Below are positions 13,557 to 25,206 of a stretch of DNA of 64,000 nucleotides, piece by piece. The translations under genes were made by a program, and so were the position numbers. Source of the DNA: Harriotta raleighana. Taxonomy: Eukaryota. The notes below the pieces were generated by a model that saw only the letters and a list, made by a program, of their open reading frames with translations, did not search any database and was not told the DNA's origin. Each line of letters opens with the position of its first letter. Positions within the stretch are counted from its first letter, which is position 1. The stretch is taken from the NCBI GenBank assembly GCA_050575255.1, contig JBNZDD010013646.1, positions 2,163,491 through 2,227,490 on the forward strand, written 5' to 3'.

Positions 13557-14022
13557 CAACAATGACAACAGATTACATTTGTAAAGAGCCTTTCATGTTG
13601 GGCAGATGTCCAGGGACACTGGACTGTCAAAGATTTAGATGAGCTGGAGGTTGGAATCAGGAGGGATGGAAGACAGGGAGAAGGGAGATTGGCGAAGGAG
13701 GGTGTCTGAACACAAGGTCGGAGAGGAGAGTCTTGAAATCGACCTTCAAGGAGGCAAAGAGTGGGCAAGGCAAATGGACTGTACGATGGAGTTCCCAGGG
13801 ATAAGGGCAGGAAGGCTAGAAGTCCAATGATGGGGTGGGTGACATACAGCATGCCTGAGCCTGCTGAGTAGGAGGAGGCAAGTCAGTGTGGAGTTAGCAT
13901 GTCATAGATGTAGGGAGGAACGAAAATGTGGAGAGCATCAAAAGCTAGGATGAGGATTTGGAACTGTATCCTCTGGGAGATGGACAGCCAATGGAGCAAG
14001 GCATGGATGGGATGATAGGGTA
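13557..14022 (-). mobile_element. L2 3' fragment
   Basis: Reverse complement tail acatttgtaaagagcctttcatgttggg, then L2 C-terminal coding remnant (ccattggctgtccatctcccagaggatacagttc on the minus strand). Confidence 0.85.
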
Positions 14023-14206
14023 ACATCTCATCTAGAAGACAGAACCTCCGATAATGCAGTACTCTCCTAGTATTGAACTTTGTCGACCTAGACTATGTGA
14101 GTTTAAACTTCCCAATTGGGGCTTGAACTTGCAATGCTTATTCTCAGAGGTGAAAGTGCTACCATCTGAGCGATGCTGTCTCTGAACATTTAGATGCTTC
14201 AACATA

Positions 14207-14884
14207 CAGTTAACCGTCATCGATCGCGGGGGTTATGTTCCTGGAAAACTGCTCACTCAACAAAATCGTGTTGGAGACGCTTAAGAAGTAATGGGAAAAC
14301 GGGGGTTTAGGGGAATCCAGTCACAGGCTATCTACCTCAAGCTGCAGAGGGCCACTCGGGGACTGGGGTTGGGGTGGGGGCAGAAAGCCATTCGGGGGCT
14401 GGGCGGGGGGAAGGGGGGGGAAAGAGCCATGGGTTTACTTAAAAAGTAAAGCATTTTATTGCTTTACTGCTTAGTAATAGCAATAAAGTGATAGCAAAGC
14501 ATTAAAGCAATAACAACAAAGTATTAAAGCAGTCAATAAAACAACAGCTAGGCTACATTACTGTTCTCTTTCTCTGTCTCTTCTGTTATCGAAAACTTAC
14601 CAAAGAGTGCATTGCGCACGGGGCCAGCCAGCCGAGGAATCATTGGCTTTAGTCGGGATCTGTGGGCCTCATCAAACATGCGCACACACGCGGGACCAAC
14701 CAGCTGAGGAATTATCAGATTTAGTCAGGAGTGGTCGGCATCTTCACACCTGCACATGCGCACAGCGGCCAGCCAGCGCGTATGCACAAGTTTTACGTGT
14801 GCTGCACAAAAAAGTGATACTTTTGTTTCGTCATATCTACTTGAATTCGCAATCGATAAAGTCACATTGAACGAAAGTTAACTG
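14207..14884. mobile_element. Tigger/MER8-like Tc1/mariner-pogo MITE
   Basis: TA|CAGTTAACCGTC...gaaagTTAACTG|TA; subterminal gatcgcgggggttatgttcc; same family as 23212-25120 in the opposite orientation. Confidence 0.85.
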
Positions 14885-15555
14885 TACTGATTAAATTTGA
14901 TTTTTTAAAAAAGTAAACGTGAAATTTCATTGTAAAGGACAATAATCAATACTGAATATGTTGTAAAATCTGCTTCAAAGCATCTATGTTATCATTCATT
15001 CTTAAAGACTTACCATGAAACTGTAAAAATCAGCATTCCACAATGTCAATAAGAATTCAGGTTCAACTGGAAGTGAATAAGTATTGAATAAAGGTTCAAT
15101 TCGCCTGAAGGACAACGTCCACTCAATAAAACCTCTGGCGGCTTTCAATTATTTTTGTGCTGAGTTCTGATCATATTTTTTTCAGGATTTTTCATAGGAT
15201 CATGTTATTTCCAATCAATTCAAATATGAAACTTAAACTGCACTCTTCAATCCATTCAATGAAAACCAATACCACAGTATGCCCCATGAGCAGTTGAAGA
15301 ATCTGTCTGATACGCAAAGCAACTAGATGATTCAAACAACCATAACCAGCAACTATGTTCAAACTATAGCAAGCTATTCTTTAGTAAAATATGTTAACCT
15401 TCAGAATTAATTCAAATCCACTTTGTTTTTCTCTACCTACCAAATCCCACACAGGACATATACAGTAAACTTCAGATAAACCAACTCTGGCTTAACTTGT
15501 CACTACCACTTAAGTCAACAAGCTTTCAGTTATATATAAGTTATATTTATATATA

Positions 15556-16665
15556 CAGTAAAATCCTGTTTATCTGGCATCCACGGGACCTGGCCTGTGG
15601 TGATTAAACAGTTTTCTGGTTGGTTTTCTTGGTTCAACCAAATGGCAGTAGTGCGACTTTTTTTTAAAAAAGGCAGTATCACGACTTTAGACTCGACTAT
15701 CGGCCAGTCGAGTACCTGCACCAGTACTTGCGTGTGACAATCAATTCATTAAGTGCGTCATCACTNNNNNNNNNNNNNNNNNNNNNNNNNNNNNNNNNNN
15801 NNNNNNNNNNNNNNNNNNNNNNNNNNNNNNNNNNNNNNNNNNNNNNNNNNNNNNNNNNNNNNNNNNNNNNNNNNNNNNNNNNNNNNNNNNNNNNNNNNNN
15901 NNNNNNNNNNNNNNNNNNNNNNNNNNNNNNNNNNNNNNNNNNNNNNNNNNNNNNNNNNNNNNNNNNNNNNNNNNNNNNNNGGTTGGCCACTAGGTGTGTC
16001 TAAACTGGTGAGACGCTCAGAGCCCTGGAGCAGCAGCCATTTTTACAGGTGAGGGAGAGGGACACACAGATAGAGGGACAGACACAGATAGACACATACA
16101 CAGAGACACAGAGAGAGAGAGAGAGAGAGACACACACACACTCAGATACAGAGAGGGAGCGAGAGACAGAGACACACACAGATACATAGAGAGAAAGAGA
16201 GAGAGAGAGACACTGACAGATGCACACACACATACAGAGAGAGACACACACTTTAACACAGAGAGAGAGAGAGAGAGAGACATACACGTACACACCCACA
16301 GAGAGGGAGAGAGAGAGACCAGAGAGAGAGAGAGAGAACAAGTCACGATTTTTCCAACCTCGTTCGATTTTATCTTGTTAATGGAAACTCACGCATAAGT
16401 AATGCTTGTCTAAGCATCACAACACAGAAGTTGCTACATTGGTCGATTTGACCAAAAATAGGTTGGATGAGGGCTGCGATTGCAAAGTTAAGTATAAATA
16501 AAAATACTAACACAATATTCTGCTGTTATATAGATTATTATTAATATGGTATGTGTTAAAAAAAAATAAAAAAAATTACATTTTTTAAAAATCCATTCAA
16601 CCTGAAAAATGATTTAACCGCTACTGGCCAGGTCCCGTGGGTGCCGGATAAACAAGGTTTTACTG
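15556..16665. mobile_element. Tigger/pogo-like MITE, or two opposed copies, spanning an N-gap
   Basis: TA|CAGTAAAATCCTGTTTATCTGGCATCCACGGGACCTGGCC ... GGCCAGGTCCCGTGGGTGCCGGATAAACAAGGTTTTACTG|TA, a ~40 bp inverted repeat with ~4 mismatches. Confidence 0.85.
16052..16340. repeat. Compound (GA)n/(CA)n microsatellite
   Basis: Alternating gagagaga and cacacaca runs. Confidence 0.95.
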
Positions 16666-18099
16666 TATTGTATGGATACTTACCAATAAAGCATTCCAGC
16701 ACACTGTTAAATGATCAGTAAAAAAGCATTCCTGTGTTCGTTAAGTTTAATAAGTGTGCATGGAATTGTGAATTGTATTGGGAGATACTGGTTGGTTGAA
16801 TATGCCGTTTGGTTGGATACCAGATAAGCAAGGTTTTACTGTAATTGAATTCAGTTTTGATATGGAAGCCTTTTTCCACATTTCTATCAAATATTTTGAT
16901 TGAGAAATAAATAAGTCAACAATTTCACAAGGTAAGTTGGATGAGGATGATGAGAGGCCTTTAACCCATTTGATCTCATCCTTCCATCATATGTAGTCTA
17001 CAACCAAGCCATTCGTAATGAGCCCAGCAATCTGGATTCTACCAATCTTCCTGAAACCCATTCCCAGTTATTAACTATCTCTGTGTGAAGAAACACTTTT
17101 ATTTATCTTCGAATTGCCCAAACTAAACTCATGTACTATTTTCCTGTTGCATTGGCATTTTTCAAAATATTTTTCTTGGCTGATTATCTCTTACCATCTC
17201 GCACTCCAAAATCACTTGGCCTGAATTGCGCATTATAAACCTTTGTTTTGCTTCCATGATCATGATTTGTTGGAGAATTGTTGATTCAACCAAATATTAA
17301 ATTTAATGTTGGGGAGAATACATTGATGCTGGAGTAAATTATCTTTCTAGGTCCACTTCTTTGAGAATTATATTGTTTCCCACAGACTTTCTGGTTATCT
17401 TTGTTTGAATACAACCATAATACAGCTGAAAGTTTGACATTTAAGCAATCTTGGTAGAGGATCTGATATACGGCAGGGTGGCAGACATCAGGGTAAAGAT
17501 TCCTTGAGTTTTATTGACAATTAGCTTTTACAGCACTGAAGTCACATTATTTGTTATTATGTGGTCTACAAATTGTTTCTGTAGTGATTAAATTGCTTGT
17601 CTTTTGAGTAAGGAGTTAAACCTGTAGAAGGTAATATAATCAGTAAAGGATATCAAATTTCTTCCAGTTTTGCCTATCCAACTTTCCATCTACACAAAGA
17701 GCACTTTGGAATGTCCTCCTGATATGAAATATGCTTTATAAATGAAATTTTCTGTTGTTATTGTTGAACTGAACAAGTGCAACACTTGCAATTACCATCT
17801 GGTATAATGTAGTTTTCTGTAGATCATTCTGTATGTACTTGACCCGACAATAAGCATTACAAGAATATTCAACCACAGAGGCTATGAGTCAAATTAATCC
17901 AATGAGTCAAATCTTATTTTTAGCCAATATTTACTCTCACCTGAACATTCATGACCAGAAAATGATAGCAATTGAGAATGATAATCATAACATTTTCCAT
18001 TGGATGGTCAAAATAATTCCACCACTACCACAGCTGAGATAAGTAAGCTCCCTGGAGCATTCAACCTCCCACCCTCTTGGTCGTATGTCTCCAATTTTC

Positions 18100-18235
18100 C
18101 AAAAGTTTCTTGTGGTGTTCTGGCCAACAATCCCCCAGATAAAATTGATCATTCACTTCATGGCTGATTGTGGGATATTGTTTGTGCAAATTGCCTACCA
18201 CATTTGTTTGCAAATTCAGTCACTTCACTTTGTAT
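18100..18235 (+). mobile_element. Older Deu-type SINE core fragment
   Basis: ggtgttctggccaacaat...cacttcatggctgattgtgggatattgtttgtgcaaattg. Confidence 0.65.
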
Positions 18236-18429
18236 CCTTTAACTCTAAAGAGCATGCATCACAGAATCAGAGAGTGTTGAGCTATTGTCTGATTTGTACC
18301 TGTGCTCAGCTAACCTTGATACTCATTGAGAGATCACTGGAGATATGGTTCTCTATTTTTGAGTTTCAAACTTCTCTGTTTGTCCAAATATTTCTGAATG
18401 TTGGAAAATGAATAGAAGTTTTCTTCATA

Positions 18430-20263
18430 TTTCTTCATTCTAAGCAGTCACTCTGCCCACCCTCCCATGCCTTACCCATCCTATTCTCCAACTCCAACTG
18501 CGAGGAGATGCTGGACTTGTTTGAATTAAAAATCAAAGGGATTCATTCAGCCACCTCTACTCCATCTTCCAATACCTCCCCACTAACTCTCCCCCTGGAT
18601 CCATTTAACTTACAACCCCTACTACATTCCTTCCACCCTATCTCTCCTCCCGCTTTCTTTCTTTCCTCCGCAAAATGAAACCCAACACCTACTCGCTTGA
18701 CCCCATCCCATCGTCTCTCCTCATCTCCAAGCTCCATCTCCTAGCCGCTCTCCTAACTGATGTCATCAAGCTCTCCTCATCCACCGGCACTGTCCCCACC
18801 CATCTAAAAACTGCTACCATCATGCCCATCTTAACCTTCTTTCGACCCATCCCTACTCTCCAGCTATCACACCATCTTCAACCTCCCATTTTTCTCCAAG
18901 GCCCTGCAACGAGTTGTTGCTTCCCAGCTTCGTTCATTTCCCTCCCGGCACTCCCTCCTCAAACCCCTTCAATCTGGCTTCTGTGCTGCCCACAGCCCTC
19001 ATCAAAGGCTTAAACAACATTCTACACATCTGTGACCAGGGCTCTCTCGAACTACTTGTCCTCCCTGACCTCTCCGCTGTCACTGTCGACCACTCCATCC
19101 TCCTACACTGCCTCTCCACCCTTCTCAATCTCTCCAGACCTACCCTTGCCTAATTTGACTCCTACCACTCTCAATGCCTACATTTTGTCACCACCAACAG
19201 TTTCTCCTCCAGCCCCCGCACTGTCATCTGCAGTGTCCCCCAGGGCTCTGTCCTTGGCCCCTTACTTTTCAACATCTACAAACTCCCACTTGGTGACATC
19301 ATCCGCAGACTTCCACATGTATGCGGATGTCTCTCTGCCTTTACCCTTGACTCCAGGACAGCAACTGTCCTGACAGACTGTCTGTCAGACATCAAGTCCT
19401 GGATGAGCCCTAACTTTCAGTAGTTGAATATCAATAAGACAGAGGCCCTACTGATTGGCTTGCACCAGCGCCTTCATCTGGCACTGGCAGCATCAACCTC
19501 TGTGGTTGCACATTCAACCTCACCAAGGCAGTCAGGAAGATGTCTTGTTGAACCCTCAACTATCTTTCCTCCCCCACATCCAAGCAATGACTCACTCAGC
19601 CTTTCCGCGTCTCCTCAACTGCCCGACTCCACCACTATCTCACCTCCAAAGCCGCTGAAATCTTCATCCACGCCTTTATTACATCCCGGCTTGATTATGC
19701 AAACATCTTGCTGGTCAGCCCTCCCATTTCTTCCTGCCACAGGCTGCAGTTAATCCAGAACTCTGCAGCCCGTGTCCTTTACCGTTCCAAACTCTGTACC
19801 TCTATCTCCCCTATTCTTGCCCGACTCCATTGGTTCCACATCTTCTAGAGGATCCAATTCAAGATCCTAGACCTCACATTTAAAGCCCTCCACAACCTTA
19901 CGTAATCTTACATCTGTGCCACCCTATCCCCTTAACAACCTGCCCACTCTTTCTGCTCAGCAGGCTCTAGCCTGCTCCACGTCCCCCAACCCACCCGCCT
20001 AACAATTGGCAGGTGAGCCACTCTGCCCCCAATCTCTGGAACTCCATCTCACAGTCCCTCCACCTCGCCCACTCTCTGGTCTCCTTCAAGTCTCACCTCT
20101 ATACTCTCCTCTTCGATGGACCCATGGGTAACTCCTTATCTCGCACTTCCCTCCTCCACCTGTCCTCAGCTCGGTTCTGAAGCAGTAACTATCCAGCGCC
20201 TTGGGATGTCTAGCTGACGTGAAAGGCGCTATACAAGTGTAACTTTGTTGTTTTGTTGTTGTT
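18430..20263 (+). mobile_element. Long degraded L2 LINE (RT domain to 3' tail)
   Basis: [70 protein letters not shown]; tail cagcgccttgggatgtctagctgacgtgaaaggcgctat. Many frameshifts. Confidence 0.95.
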
Positions 20264-20366
20264 GAAATAGTAAATACATATATCTGTACTCAGTGAGAAA
20301 CACTTTTTCCTGGTGCCCTAGTCAACAATTGCCTAGAAGATAAAATTGAGCATTAAATCTTAAATA

Positions 20367-20847
20367 CAGGAAGTCCTCTATTTACATTGGGGATGTGTCC
20401 GTGAAAACGCAATGTTAGGTGAAACAACTGACCATTGACTTAATGATATAAATGTAGGATACGTTCCTGGTGTCATTTTTTGGTCAAAATTTGCAGAAAA
20501 AATATTAAATTAGTACCAAAAAAGATACCAAAAGATACCCAACAAGATGTTATTATAAGTTTGAATAATATAAGTTAATACAGTGAGTACAGAGTTCTAA
20601 AGAGGCTGGACTTTGAAAGTGAAGGCAAACTGAAGAGCTCCAGCGGTTGCTGAGTCCCAGTGCATCATCACGTATGCTGCCCAAACTACAGTACAATAGT
20701 TTGTGCTCGTTCATTTAAATTTTGTGTTCTTTCAAAACAAAGTTACAGTGAATTGACGCATTTAAAATCAAATCACGTTCCCCAATTTACTGCTGGCATT
20801 AAAGTGAAACAACATAAATGGGAGCAGTGTAAATAGAGGACTTCCTG
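20367..20847. mobile_element. Tigger-like MITE with perfect 20 bp TIR
   Basis: TA|CAGGAAGTCCTCTATTTACA ... TGTAAATAGAGGACTTCCTG|TA. Confidence 0.92.
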
Positions 20848-21805
20848 TATGATGCATCGGGTTTCCAACACTTGACAGCATTGGATAGCACAAGCAATAT
20901 GTATTCATTGGCTTTTGACACCAAGCAATATTGGTCTACCCATTATCCAGTAAGTGATCTAGAAGCTGTTTTTCTTTATACAGTATCTCATTCTGCATTT
21001 ATTTTTCTACACTATTTGTGATTAGTGATGATAACATCAAAGAATAATGTCTAAATTTTATTCAATGATAAAGAGTATGTAGAGGCTGGAGATGAATTTG
21101 ACCGTTGAATAATAGGAAACTCATCTTCACTTCTTGAAGTAAATATAAATCGGTAGGGGATGGGCTATAATTTACACTATTAATATACCCAGTTGCAAGA
21201 GCTAACCTCAATCTTTAACTAAACATTTAAGTTTTAATCCATCATCAATGCTGAGAATTTACAAAGAAAAGGCAATTTTCAAAGTGTTTTGTGTTCAAAG
21301 CCACAAGCCCCCAGCTGATTAGTTTTATAATGTCTAAACTTAGAAGGTTATGAGAAAGTCCCTTATAGCTGGCAAGGGAATATAATAAATTATGGATCAT
21401 GTACATTCGTCTTTGGCAAAGCCTGAAATTCTTTTTTTCTAAACACAGGGAATTGTTCAAGCATATTACAGGTGGAAATAACCATTTGCAATAATCATTC
21501 TTCAAGCAAGTTTCGAGGTTATTACATTTTCTTTATATTGTAATGTGTTTGTATGCAAAATGGTTCCTAATAAATCAATATGGAAATGAAATATTCAATA
21601 TTGGCTAAAATACTATTGATAGTGGGGTGAAAAATGAAATTTGGTAAAAATAGAATGTTAAAATTCCATTCAGCTATTCATGAGGCAACTTGAATAGTTT
21701 GAGGCTGTTTGCAGAAATCCCAATTGTGGCCGTAATTATCAAAGGTCGTGTGTCTACAGCTCAACAGAATTTTGACCCAAACATTTTATAACAAATTTGA
21801 CAATA

Positions 21806-22105
21806 CAATAAAACCTTGATAATCCAAAAATTCTGAAAGCCGGCAACTCCCCAAAACTGGCAAGAATTCAAAATACTGTACTTAGAGTATTAGATTTTAT
21901 TCCCATGTCGGACAATCTTCCGAAGTTCGGAACAGCCGTTCTGTCATCTGGCGCTGTGGGTGGAGCTCGGGTGTTGCTTGGCTTCATTGTATTCACAGCA
22001 GAAGTGATGTATAGGCGGAATTTCCCCAGCCATTTCTGGGTTCGCAAACTCTGAAATCCGTTAGGTGAGTGGGCCCAACCATGCTGAGTTATCAAGGTTT
22101 TATTA
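21806..22105. mobile_element. Tigger-like MITE (~300 bp)
   Basis: TA|CAATAAAACCTTGATAA ... TTATCAAGGTTTTATTA|TA. Confidence 0.8.
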
Positions 22106-22304
22106 TAATCAAATGTATTATCAAATGTCTTGTAAATCATTAAATGTTTCTCCCTATTAAAATTTTATAGTATAGAGATCCATAAAATCCAAACCTACAA
22201 ACCTAGTATTAGAGCTGACTAAGCATGCAGCAAGGAGATTTACCAACTGCGCCTCAATCTCTTCATGTGCTAACAGGAAATAATTCCAACTTTCGGTCAT
22301 TTTT

Positions 22305-23045
22305 GAAGATGGTCCAGGCGGGCGGAGAGGACAGGGAGCGGTGGCTGGACCGCTGTTAATTGTTGTTGTTGTTGTTTCTTCTATTGTTGTTGTTGCTTTT
22401 GTTTATTATTGTTGATGTTGTTTGTTGTTGTTGTTTGGCCCCCCCCTGCTCCCTGACTTTTTCCCCTCCTTTTTTTTCTTCCCTCTCTCCCTTTCCCTCC
22501 TTCCCTCCCTCTTCCCTCTTGCCCCCCTTTCTCCTTGGTTTGCCTCCCACCACCTTTCCCTCCCTCTTCCCCCTTGCCACCATTTCTCCCTCCTTGTCCT
22601 CTCTGATTTCCCCCTTGTCCTCCTTTCTCCGCCCTTTTTCCTCCCTGATTTTACCCCACCCGCTTTTTCCTCCGTCTCCCCCCATGTCCCTTTTTCCCCG
22701 TTTCTTCCCTGGACCCATTTCCGTGTCTGTTTGTGGGACACTGCTGTGTGCAATTTGGCTGCCACGTTTCACCCCAGATATACACCTGGTTTTCCTTCTC
22801 TCTTCCTCCTACCCCAACCCCTCCCCTTGCCCTCTTTCCCCCTTTCATCCCTGGCCCCCTCGCTTCCATGACTGTTTGTGGGACACTGCTGTGTGCAATT
22901 TGGCTGCCGCGTTTTGCCCACAAATATACAGTTAGTTTTCCTACTTTTTTTCCCCCGACCCCTCCCCCCACTTGATTGTGCAGCGCCTTGGGACGTCCTC
23001 CTGACGTGAAAGGCGCTATATAAATATAATATAGAAATAAATAAA
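22305..23045 (+). mobile_element. Composite non-autonomous retroposon: GC-rich head, (TTG)n, pyrimidine tract, two Deu cores, L2 tail
   Basis: Two copies of ctgtttgtgggacactgctgtgtgcaatttggctgcc (~22727, ~22872) and an intact L2 tail cagcgccttgggacgtcctcctgacgtgaaaggcgctata at 22981. The 5' boundary is uncertain. Confidence 0.6.
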
Positions 23046-23211
23046 AAATAAAATAAAATTGGTGCACTGCATCATATTTTCTTGTTTGCTGTACATAAGC
23101 AAAGCAGGGATGTTGGCAGTAACTTGATTACCTGAAAGATGGTCTTTTTTTTGTGAGGGAAACTAAAAGAATGTCCCCAACTCCCTGTAGCTCATCCTTT
23201 TAAAGGTTAAA

Positions 23212-25120
23212 CAGTTAACCCTCGTCGAATGCGACTTTATCGATTGCGAACTCAAGTATACGGGACGAAACAAAAGAATCACTTTTTTCTGCAGTGCGCG
23301 TAAAACGTGTGTATATGCACTAGTTGACCCCCGCGCATGCGCACGCGTGAGGACGCCGACCTCTCCCGACTAAATACGATGATTCCTCGGCTGGCTGGTT
23401 CCATGTGCATGCACACTTTTGACGAGGCCCGCAAATCCCGACTAAAGCCAATGATTCCTCGGCTGGCTGGTCCCGTGTGCAATGCATCCTTGCGTAAGTT
23501 TTCGATAACAGAAGAGACACAAAGAGAGAGAACAGTAAGATAGCCTAGCTGTGGTTTTATTGCTTTACTGCTTTCTTTTTATTGCTTTACTGCTTTGTTA
23601 GCGCTTTATTGCTATAAAGCGATAACAAACCCGGAGCCGGCTCTCTGCTCCCACCCCGCCCCGATAGACTCTCTGCTACCACACACCCCTCCCCCCTCTG
23701 CCCCCAAGCGGTTCTCTACTCCTCCCACCCTGCCCCCGAACGACTCTCTGCTCCCCCCCGCACCCCAGTGCGGCTCTCTGCTCCGACACATCTACCCCCC
23801 GCGCACCCGAGCGGCTCTCTGCTCCCACACACCCCTCCCCACTCCACCCCGAAGTGGCTCTCTACTCCTCCCACCCCACCCCCAAGCGGCTCTCTGCTCC
23901 CCCCCTGCCCTCGAGTAGCTCTCTGCTCCTCCCATCCCACACCCAAACGACTCTCTGCTCCCCCCCNNNNNNNNNNNNNNNNNNNNNNNNNNNNNNNNNN
24001 NNNNNNNNNNNNNNNNNNNNNNNNNNNNNNNNNNNNNNNNNNNNNNNNNNNNNNNNNNNNNNNNNNNNNNNNNNNNNNNNNNNNNNNNNNNNNNNNNNNN
24101 NNNNNNNNNNNNNNNCTCCACCCCCAAGCGGCTCTCTACTCCTCCCACCCCACCCCCAAGCGGCTCTCTGCTCCCCCACTGCCCTCGAGTAGCTCTCTGC
24201 TCCTCCCATCCCACACCCGAACAACTCTCTGCTCCCCCCCTTCCCCCAAGTAGCTCTCTGCTCCTCCCATCCCACACCCAAACGACTCTCTGCTCCCCCC
24301 CNNNNNNNNNNNNNNNNNNNNNNNNNNNNNNNNNNNNNNNNNNNNNNNNNNNNNNNNNNNNNNNNNNNNNNNNNNNNNNNNNNNNNNNNNNNNNNNNNNN
24401 NNNNNNNNNNNNNNNNNNNNNNNNNNNNNNNNNNNNNNNNNNNNNNNNNNNNNNNNNNNNNNNNNNNNNNNNNNNCTCCTCCCACCCCGCCCCTGAACGA
24501 CTCTCTGCTCCCCCCCGCACCCCAAAGCGACTCTCTGCTTTGACACATCTACCCCCCGCGCACCCGAGCGGCTCTCTGCTCCCACACACCCCTCCCCACT
24601 CCACCCCGAAGTGGCTCTCTACTCCTCCCACCCCACCCCCAAGCGGCTCTCTGCTCCCCCCCTGCCCTCGAGTAGCTCTCTGCTCCTCCCACCCCACCCC
24701 CGAGCGGCTCTCTGCTCCCCCCCTGCCCCCGAGTAGCTCTCTGCTCCTCCCACCCCACCACTGAACGACTCTCTGCTCCCCCCGTGCCCCCCAGCAGCTC
24801 TCTGCACCCGCACATCTCCCCCCCGCGCCCCCGAGCGGCTCTCTGCTCCCACATACCTCTCCCCCTATGTCCCTGAGTGGCTCTTTGCACCCCCCAACCC
24901 CCACTCCGATCGGCTCTCTGTTTCCCCCCATTGAGTGGCTCTCTGCTCCCACCCGCGCCCCCCCCCCACCCCCGAGTGGCTTTCTGTAGCTTGTGGTAGG
25001 TCGCCTGCGACTGGATTCCCCTAACCCCCCTTTTTCCGTTATTTCTTTAGCTTCTCCAATATGACTTTGAGTGCGCAGTTTTCCAGGAACGTAATCCCCG
25101 CGATCGACGAGGTATAACTG
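23212..25120. mobile_element. Tigger/MER8-like MITE with an internal expanded minisatellite
   Basis: CAGTTAACCCTCGTCGA ... tcgacgaggtaTAACTG|TA; interior colinear in reverse with 14207-14884. Confidence 0.88.
23637..24985. repeat. C-rich minisatellite, core (g)cggctctctgctcc, ~25-30 bp variant units with higher-order repeats
   Basis: Dozens of ctctctgctcc units; two N-gaps inside. Confidence 0.95.
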
Positions 25121-25206
25121 TATGTAGTTCCCTATTGAAGCCCAGTAAGGATATTGCTTCAACTATTGCTCCTGGCAGGGCATTCCGTATCCTATCTATT
25201 TTAATT

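Larger units (their letters stand above)
12965..14173 (-). mobile_element. Older Deu-type SINE split by two later insertions (pieces ~12965-13140 and ~14025-14173)
   Basis: 3' and core piece cagctaacttgtgtgcagcaatataccacaacagccatgaagtga. 5' tRNA-like piece gacagaacctccgataatgcagtactctcc...cttgaac...ctcagaggtgaaagtgctaccatctgagc. Confidence 0.65.
15463..16841. mobile_element. Possible older outer Tigger-like MITE hosting the 15556-16665 insertion
   Basis: TA|CAGTAAACTTCAGATAA on the left and gataagcaaggttttactg|TA on the right; the TIR match is weak. Confidence 0.45.

Noticed and set aside
16000-16346. Cys/Val/Ser/Leu-rich ORFs
   Set aside because: Translations of a GA/CA microsatellite.
22203-22269. 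Possible 67 nt minus-strand exon (HEEIEAQLVNLLAACLVSSNT) with AG/GT ends
   Set aside because: The peptide is not recognised, splice sites are mediocre and no partner exons were found. It needs RNA-seq or TBLASTN support.
22305-22360. HDV-like ribozyme in the GC-rich head
   Set aside because: I could not find the P3/L3 pyrimidine loop or nested pseudoknot pattern; only simple hairpins are visible.
22356-23067. Several 119-191 aa ORFs on both strands
   Set aside because: Low-complexity (TTG)n and C/T tract lacking stop codons.
23792-25162. 456 aa minus-strand ORF and overlapping ORFs
   Set aside because: They are translations of a stop-poor minisatellite plus N-gaps inside a MITE.
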